A DNA stretch of 43,650 nucleotides, filler included, from Catajapyx aquilonaris (Eukaryota): assembly GCA_000934665.2 (NCBI GenBank). It is 2 parts of 2 records of this genome, joined end to end, with 100 filler letters (N's around TTAATTAATTAA, not from the genome) between each part and the next. Parts side by side here need not be neighbours in the genome. Positions count along the whole stretch, not along the records: positions 21,880 to 43,650 come from KZ539450.1; 1 more part is not named here. The stretch is one strand, 5' to 3'. A program made the translations under genes and the position numbers. The notes beneath the pieces were generated by a model, which saw only the letters and a list, made by a program, of their open reading frames with translations, was not told the origin of the DNA and made no database searches. Positions 34,697-43,650 of this stretch are shown piece by piece (positions within the stretch are counted from its first letter, which is position 1; each line of letters begins with the position of its first letter).

Positions 34697-37556
34697 TATT
34701 TGCAAATGAAGTGCTGTATATTGATACCTTGTCATCCTCTCTACCTTCCGCATTGCTACAGATTGACGCAAGCCGGAGAAACTGGTGACGTTTACCGTAT
34801 AGGTGTGTTGGTTACCAACGTTACCATGGTTTCCAATGTCATGTATTAATATTTATTGAACGACAGATAATAAGCCCAAGCTGTAAATAGAATTCTTTGG
34901 TATTGTACCGTCTCACTTGCCAGATTAAAATAATCCAGGCAAGATATAGCTATCGGCTACAATAGTCTACAGCTACAATTTTTGGGTAGAGTAACGCATT
35001 CGTTTTCTTATTTTGATGATTTTTCACTTTGATCTGAATGTACTTGTAGTAAAAGGTGAACTGGGCAAGTCCGTACACTTTTTTATTTATGAACTTTGGC
35101 CATTGTCGAAAAAGTATTGATTTTTAAAACATGGTCTACGTTGGTGTCGATAAAACATACTGTATGCCCTTCTTTTTTTTCATAACAAACCCACATTTAT
35201 GACATAATTAGAAAATTATTACAGAAATATTTCGAACACATGGTGGCAAATACCTTATAGTCTTAACCACCTTGCTCAAGAATAGCATTATTTTACATAA
35301 AACAACAACAAGCACACTACCGCTATTGAGTTTGGTCTCTTTTGCTTGTACTAGATAGGCCTACACTTCATTTATAAATCAAATTAACGGAAGTGGTGTC
35401 AACAACAATTCTGCACCCAAGGATTTGAAATCTTATTTATATTTTTGCAACAAAGAACTGAGTAAAATGAAGAGGTATAAATATCAAAACCTTTACACGG
35501 AGAGAAGGGGGGAATGGTATCCGGGACACAATTTTTCCACAACGGCGGTATATTTTTGACTGGTGTCTGATATGCAGTATCTAGCGTACTTATTGTAAGT
35601 ATAATCGCGCACTTCTCTGAATGTATCCCATATACAGCGCGTTCCAGTTGAGGCGTCCGTGTCAGTCAACAATTTCTCCACACTAATCTGCCTATTTTCA
35701 AGCTGTTACTGTACTTTCCAGGATTTATATACAGGCTTTAAAAATTAACTCCTATTTATAGGTAGAAGAGATGCATCTTTTTGAAGCACCATCATGGTGC
35801 TTGGGGTGCCAATGCCCAAAATGCCTCGAAATGATTAAGCTCAAATTCATTGCAATTTATCAGTTAATATTTTGGGTAGGCTTATGTTGAAAAGGAAGTG
35901 CTTCAATAAGCAGCAGCAGCTTAGTACAAAAATCGCAAACTGAAATGGCATCAGTGTATGCGCAGCTATGTGCGTGGATAGTTTGCAATAATTTTCTTGA
36001 TATGAATGAGCAGGAAGACTTTCGCAACGAAGCGCGAAATGCATAATGAAACACGGCTGAGTATTACGTAGTCCTGGGGAGAATTCCTGAGCTGAAAAAG
36101 GTGGTGTCGTCCATCAGCAGGCTTGACTACATGAAAATCTCAACAGCAAGCGTCAACATAGTCCTAGGCTGCCAGCTGAAGAGGAGAATAAATAATAAAA
36201 ACTGGGGACTTATGTCCACGAGATCCTGGTGGAAGCACACAGGGGCCCTTGCAACTTGATATGCCAGTAAAAGGCCCAAAGTGGCAGCTGTTCCGAGTTG
36301 TCAGTGTCTGACTTCAAGCTTTCCTAGCTAGACCCGTTGTTGCTACGCACTCTTATTTTTCGCGAGGTAATTTGATTCTGGCAGACGACAGTGTTGAAAG
36401 TTGGTCTTTTTCCGCCACTGTTGGGAAATTTTTAGTCTGCGTTCATTTTTTTTCCACCACCTCTCTCGCAGGACTATATTACACTTGTGTGTAATGGGCT
36501 CAACCCCTTCACACTGGTCCGTCCACATTTCGCAGTCGCTTGTTTCCCACACTCTCACATTTTCACCCTCCGTTCCATCTCACAGAACGTCATTACAAGT
36601 CCAATAACCTTATTATAATTAGTTAAAAAAAATGTCTAGTCCTGAGAGAGGGGAAGGGGGGAGAAAATAAGGCCGCAGAATTTTTTGATAGCGTGAAGTG
36701 ATGTCATCTAGAGTTACGAGGTTTGCTTCCCATCCAGTCTCAGAGGTGTACCTGGCAATCCGAGCATTTAATTAAACGCAGCCTGAATGTGGTGTGAACT
36801 AATCTGGCTGATAGCTACCCTCAACTGCAGTCAATTTCCGAATCGTTCTGCACAGCAAACCCGGTTACATAATCCTTTGAGTGACGTGACTGACGAGGAG
36901 CGGTCTGGGTTTCAACCATTCTGTGTTGGCCGCCTTTACGGCCTATTAAATTTTCATTGTTGTCCTAGATTCGTGTATATCGAGGAGATATGGTGCAAGG
37001 GGGGTGAAGGACTCAGGGAGGAGTCCGGGACATCACGCGAAATGGACAGTGAATTCTGACCCAGGTATACCATGTAAAAGGCAGCTTGACCAACATGTAG
37101 TGAGCTATGGTAAAATAGCTTTGGGACTTGTCTCTTTCTGCCAGTAGCCGTCAGGGTCAGAGGTTGGTGGAGTTCCATGTTTTATTTTGTCAGAGTTGAC
37201 TATACATGTATGCCAGCCTATAATCAATTTTCGTGTAATGAAATGATCCCTTCCAGGATTTATTTTTTCTGTGTGGATAATGTTTAAGTGGAAAGGTGAA
37301 AAGGTGAACTTCTGTTTTTCAATGTCTTTTTCCTGAGTTGTGAAAACGTGAGCTTGAGACTCGTGAATTTGCAATATTTCTACACAGAAAAGGACCACAG
37401 AAAGTGGGGGAACTTTCCAGAATTGTTATTTCAATATTTATGAGGGTGATAGATGATGCTCGGTTTTTTAGTCTTGTACAGCGCACTGAAACTGATATTT
37501 AATAAAATCAATGCTTATTGCACAATGTGGCAACGCTTCAGACGGGGTATTGCAAT

Positions 37557-37558
<2 letters not shown>

Positions 37559-37612
<54 letters not shown>
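37559..37612. repeat. (GA)n microsatellite
   Basis: Directly visible. Confidence 0.95.
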
Positions 37613-37615
<3 letters not shown>

Positions 37616-37922
37616 TATCAAGGGGAATATGAATGTGCACATTTTATTTCATTACAGGAAAGGGTAAATATGTGGCCAAAAATTGGCCATCGTGTAACAT
37701 TTCCATAAAAATAAATTGCTGTGTAAAAATTCTGAAAGGTTCCTAGCCCTTTCTGCGGCCATTTCAAGCCCGAAAAAGTGCTTATTCACAAGTTTCAAGC
37801 TCATGTTTTCACAACTCAGAAAATATTTGAAAATTGAATTTTCACCTTTTCAAATAATATTAGGAACAACTTTCACTAAAAATTTATCGATACATCGAGC
37901 GAAATCAATCCTTTCACTCAAA

Positions 37923-38142
37923 GATATTTCTGCCGACGGAATTCTCGTCCAATATACCTTTTCGTCCATATAATCTCGTCCAAAGTCCAAACTGCCGGCT
38001 GCAGCACTGACGGTGAAGTTTATCCTTCTCATTGATTGTTGTCAACAACATAACAATAGCAAGAGTAAATTCCCCGGTACCTGCTCTGCCTTCAAAAGCG
38101 ACGTGTCCATTTTCGTTCGAGAATTCCGTCGGACGAAATATC
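37923..38142. repeat. Inverted repeat, probable DNA-transposon remnant
   Basis: gatatttctgccgacggaattctcg / cgagaattccgtcggacgaaatatc. Confidence 0.55.
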
Positions 38143-41100
38143 TGCGGACGGAAATGGTTTGGGTAAAGTTCTGAAAGGGTTGTTATTATTGGGATGTATT
38201 AGCGTCGAAACAATATGCTGTGATGACATCTGAAAGTTAGCTGTTGGAATTGCGGCCAGTGTTGTGAAGCATGAAGACGTGCAACAGCTGAGATTGGCGT
38301 GTTTTCTGGTCTCGTCCAGGGTGCGAAAAGGGGGAAAAAGCCTGAGGGATCCCGGCACCAAAAGCACGTGGGGGTCTCCCCACATGACTAATGAGGCAGC
38401 GCTCTGACAAATGAACAGTTTTCCCGCTCTTTTACCATGGCCATCAGTCAAGGCGGGTGCCAAGGGGCTGCGTTGCCACTTCTCCGGCCGCGTCGCCTAG
38501 GAAACACCAGCCGGTGGATAGAGGATCCGGCCTAGCATTTGGCGCCTTCTGCCCGCTGATTTAAACCCCCTTCCATTTCGGCTTCCATACAAACCACAAG
38601 CCATGGGAAATACTGCCCAAACTATGCTATTTTTTTGTACGGTCTGAAAGAGGCATTTCGGGCGCATATTTGACGTCAGCGCAATCGTTTCATCTCCAGC
38701 CGGTTTATAAAAATATTACGCAATCAGCAAAAAAATGTATGTAGATAAGGCACAATTATATGTAACCTTGAAGCGAGGGCGAAAAAATTAGTTGGCGTCA
38801 TTTGTTTGCATTATCAGTTACAACCGACAGCTGCACTAGGCAGACGTTCTGACTGCTCTTTATTTTATTTATTTTATTTTTAGAAAATGAGCCCAGAGTG
38901 AATCAGTTCCCTGGAACAATTCTAATACCCGGTTCTGGAATTAAAACTAGGCGTTCGATACGAACCGGAGATCCTCCAGCTCCTCCTCCCCCTGCAAAAT
39001 AAGAGTCACGTGTTATAGCCCGTGGCGCCAGTTCCTTTCTGCCTTCCCGCTTTGGGGAAATATCGTTCATCAATCCGATTTCCAGAAGCACAAAACCCAA
39101 TATAAGCCCCGATCAATTACGTTATCAGTTCAAAGCGCTGTTACTCTGTTCATTGAGCGGAAAATTGCGCAGAATGAAGCGGAACCACTGTCATTCCTGT
39201 ACGGTGGGCTCTCTTCGCGTGATGGAACCACCCGCCTTCGCATTTAATGCCGCCAGATACACAAGGGATGCAATTTAGAAGTCCAAGATCACACTGCCTT
39301 AAGAAAAAAAAAATATGTCTTGACAGGTATTAATACAGAGAGGAAAAAATACGAGCGCCATTTTTTAGCTCCCGGTATCTCGACTGCCAGAAGCGTAGTG
39401 TCCAAGGAAACTTGTGATATATGGAGGTAATTATCATACGATCAGAACCCACCGACTATGACCCTTTTTTTTACGCCGGATTTATTTATTTATTGAACCG
39501 GGGCGGTGGAAATTGGAAGCCGCAATCTGGGAGCACCGGATATTTTCGTAGGATGCGTGGCCGATTTGCGTTTTGCCGAAATTCATACGAAAAGCTTGGT
39601 AATACCAATTTTTGTATGGTTCAGTTTTATTTCAAATACCCCGTGCTATGCCTCTGAACAGGCTTTCTTGGAGAGAACACATATTTGAGACTCCTTAAAA
39701 TTCGGCGAAATGAGGCCCCCAGAATGCTTTAGCAGGCTTAAAAAGGATCTGTAAAGCTAGCTATTTGAGTGAAGAAGTCATCACGGACAACAATAATTGT
39801 GAGATGTAAGGGCCACTTAGTTATCTGTCAGGGGTAGAGTTGATTCGATGGAAGCAGCAGCTCTTCTGTGTCTGGCGTGACTAATAGCCCACCGATTTCA
39901 CCTGATTGAACAAAGGAAGTCGTGCATCCCCCCTCGTGCTGGCCTTGAAACATTGGGTCTGCTCATACTTTACCTGGGGACAAAAAAGAAATGGTGATCT
40001 TTTTTTGTGCGCGGCCTACTTGCAATGGTTGGAATTTATCTCAGTGGGCTGAATTAATTTGATGGCGAGAGTGAAAGGAGAATCAACAAATGGAGTAGGC
40101 GTATAGGGACCATTTAGTGGGTTATACATTCCGGGCGTAATCTATTCATTCCACCCGAAGTGTTTGCGCCCACAGAATATATAGTCCGGCAGAAAACCTG
40201 CCGTGAAATAGTCAAAAAAAGAGAGAGGATGTGCTACATAAATTGGGTTAGCCGTTATTGATTTCTATGTACACGCACCTGTTCAATATTGACATTTTAC
40301 GCAAACTATGTAGTTCATTATTAGGTGTTGTTATGGTAAGTAGCAGCCTCCTAGCTAGGCACATAGAATAATACAATATGCATGCGTTGCCGTAATTAAG
40401 CGGTCCTGTTTACATGCCCGACGCTTATTAGTTGCAAATGGTGTCGGAATCAATCAAAATGTATAGAACGGTAGAAAGGGCAAGGAAATCACTCCCAACA
40501 CCGGCAGAGAGCACGATTTCCCATTACCCACCGCCCGGTCCCATTTATCAAAGATAATGCTACGTTATGCCCTGAGAAACAAGCTGTGCAAAAAAGTGAC
40601 CCCACCGTTCCTTCCGGGAAACCGGCATCGTGTATATGGGGCCGGTTGCGAGATCCACGTCTGCCTCTTTTTGGCTGCGGGGGGAACGATGTGAGCTTCT
40701 TCAATCGTCTTATCATCGCTGAAATAATTATCCTGACGTAGGCGCATAAGTAACCGGTTGCGGCGCACTTAACGAAAGGCCTTGGAGGCTTATAAGACAT
40801 GGTGGTTTGGCTTGAGGAACACGACTAACCTTTTTTTCCCCCTTACCCACCCCCCTACCCTTCCATTTTTTTTCTTCTTCTTTTTCCCCCTACTCTCCCC
40901 CCTCTGGGTTTTGTGAAGGAGGTCCATATGCATGCATTGCGCCATCTCTTTCCCGCGCGATATTTTTTCTTCCAGACCGCCAACTATCTCAGGCGCACTT
41001 GTTTTGAGCCGTTTCTCGGTTAGGCAGATACGTGGGTCGTATCGGAAATGGACACTTAAAAGGGCCTTCTGCCTGGTGTTTGGGCCGAGGATGGCGCCAT

Positions 41101-43650
41101 CCTTCAAAGGGACTGCTTTTGAGACCGACCTATACTTTGTGTACGCCCAGGTTCCTAAAATCTTTGGGTTGCGTTATTGCCACAGGCTGGTGCGTGTGGG
41201 GTGGTCCCGAATTTCGTGTTTCGTCTGCTTCGAAGCTGCGCATTGTGCGGTTTGAATCAGAGGGATGTTTCTAATATTGTAAGCGGTTAGTTGGGTATCA
41301 AGCGTTGAACATGCGGAAATTACAGCTTCATGTCTGCAGCCACGTAGTATAACAGGATCGGTACATCCAGGAGCAGACATGCATAGGTATCCCTTGAGGC
41401 CACCTGGGATTTACCCCGGGACAAGAAATAAGCGTCGCATGCAATGATGGGATTCTCATCGGTTCTTGGAGCTGGGAGAATCATGGGCAGACTTCAGACA
41501 TAATTTAGTACTGTGCAAGCTTATACTGTACTTGCTGCAAAAGAATATTGAGACGATATTGCATTTAGCTTCAATGGCGTATGGATCATTTTGAGCGATT
41601 GAGTACGTATTTACGTAAACCTCATACCTTATTTGAGAATTGATGGCCAGGATATTTCTGGCCTTCACGTCCTGAGTAACTGCACATAGGCCTCCGATTT
41701 AGTCCCAGCCTATATAATATGGCAAGAAAGGTCGCACCGTACTGTTACCGTAGTACTGTACAAGTTATTAGTTGCGTGCAATAATTAAAAACGGAACTTG
41801 TTCCAGAAAGAATTCATCCCTATATAGTTGATAATGACAACACAGTTTAAAAATAAATGTGTGGGCCTATCCCCGTCACATATCTGCCTGATCTCTTCAC
41901 GCACGCACCCACACCTACTCCGTTGATAGTCGTGCGTGATGAGCTTCTATACTAGCCGACTTCCGCAGTTAGTCAGCACCTTTTTACTATGATATTGATA
42001 CCAGGGTACAACGTGCTGACTCACCACATTTGATTCAGCAGACAATGAGCGTCTTCCTGCAATCTGGAAACAAGAAAAGGAATGAGTGTGTATAAATAGG
42101 TGCGTTTGGTGGAGAGTCCCTCCCATCCCCAACTGGCTGGAAGCCTCACTCGAAATCGCACTTTGAAGTTTGGTGGGCTGCATCCGCGAGCCGCCTTCAT
42201 CCCAAGGCGTGAGAAATGGCGAAGAGGACGATGGGCTTTATGGGTTATTGGTTCGCGAGGTGGAATCCGCCTTTGATGGCAAGGCGCGCGATGGGCAATG
42301 GAGTGGCAAAATTTGGCGATAAAAAGTCGGCTGGGCTTGGCTTCCCTCGGTCAGGATTGGCTGGATGCTTGGTTTGGAAGTGTGGGGGGCCGGAATAATA
42401 ATAAAAAAGGAGTGAAAAGCAAAAAGTCAACCCCGTAAAGGACCTCACCATATTCCCTTCTCTCTATATTGTCACTTTCCAATGGAGCCACTTAGGGTGT
42501 TTGCCCCCCACTAGCGAGGGGTTGTGTGCAAAAAAAGAAGAAGAGAAAAAAAAGAATGGCGAATTAATATTTAATTCGGAGGTCACTGATGACATCATCC
42601 TCCAGGAACTGCTACTTCCTAGTCAAGCAGATAAAATCGCATAATGGGGAAAAAGTTGGTGCTTGGGGTTAGCACACATCTTGACAAATACTATAACTGG
42701 ATACCCTCCCTCGTTTTGGGGATAGGAGAGGTCAAGGGTCCAATCCGGCTTCGTGACTGCGGCCATGATGGCCCTCCCATGCTGGGGAATTGGCGTTATT
42801 GTTATTTTTTCCCTCCCTTGGCTCTTCCATCTGGTCGTGATTAATGAAAATGTGGACAGGGATAATTGCGAAGGTTATAAGATGGGCAGGTGCATCGGGG
42901 GGGACCACAGCCGTCCAAAAAGCAGAAAACGTGATCATCAAGCCCGCGTTTGGAGTTATCAATTCGTGGATATTCAATATCGCTTGAACTGCTCCGGTCT
43001 TGGACCGGGTCATTACGGCCCATTTTCAGCCGACGATAAAGTTTGAGTATGGGAATTTGAAGAACATCGCGTGGTTCGAATTTGAAAAATGACACTCATG
43101 ATGGACACAATATATACGTTAGTGACTTTTTAGCCATTGCGAATAAGGGGCTTGGGATAGAATATTCCAGACTCGTGCACTTCACCGCAGTACTTTAGGC
43201 CAAATCGTTAACGACGTCATATAAAATGTAATTTAGCATTCGGGGACCCACACGTCCAAATGGGCGACTGACACGGAAACCTTGCCCCTGCTGCTGCTCT
43301 GCAGTATAACTTACACTATAACGCACCGTATTTTTAGCATAGGCCTGAAAAAAAAACACACACACACCCACACACCCTGGCCCGCCCACCAAAGAGTCTG
43401 TACCGCAGGAAACTTGTGGAAGATCAATGGTTGTCTCTTTGACTTATCGATCCATTATCCAGGTTATGGCTAACACAAGAGCTCCTTAATCCTCCAACTA
43501 TGTAATCTCGAGTGTTACCCGTCTGCAAGGTCTTCAAGTTTCCGCTCCATCAATTACCTTTCGCACAACTTGCGCAATCCGAAAGTGTAATAACAGGCTG
43601 TTTACTAACATTCAGGAATGGAGGAGGAGCCGGGGGGGTGGGGGTGGGAG

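Noticed and set aside
1..43650. CRISPR arrays, operons or prokaryotic/viral systems
   Set aside because: No regularly spaced repeats or dense ORF clusters; the sequence is spliceosomal eukaryotic DNA.

Overview
Eukaryotic animal genomic DNA, probably arthropod; this is inferred from the gene family and repeat types, and the species cannot be determined. It is a draft assembly with N gaps. Three coding units are supportable: (1) an intronless 365-aa MpaB'/rubber-oxygenase (DUF2236)-like gene at 6075-7172 (+); (2) a 3-exon, unusually divergent CFAP20/BUG22 homolog at 17131-18270 (+), preceded by an RFX X-box-like motif; (3) the terminal coiled-coil exon of an unidentified minus-strand gene at 20598-20863. 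The left ~24 kb is crowded with non-autonomous elements: tRNA-derived SINEs, Helitrons, and Tc1/mariner-, PIF/Harbinger- and Kolobok-type MITEs. Several are nested 2-3 deep with readable target-site duplications (TSDs). The right ~20 kb has no convincing exon and looks like intron or regulatory desert. I found no clear novel multi-gene system. The best leads are the charge-shifted CFAP20 copy with an odd first intron, the oxygenase with substituted conserved residues, and a modular SINE family. Family and superfamily assignments come from motif recall, not database searches.
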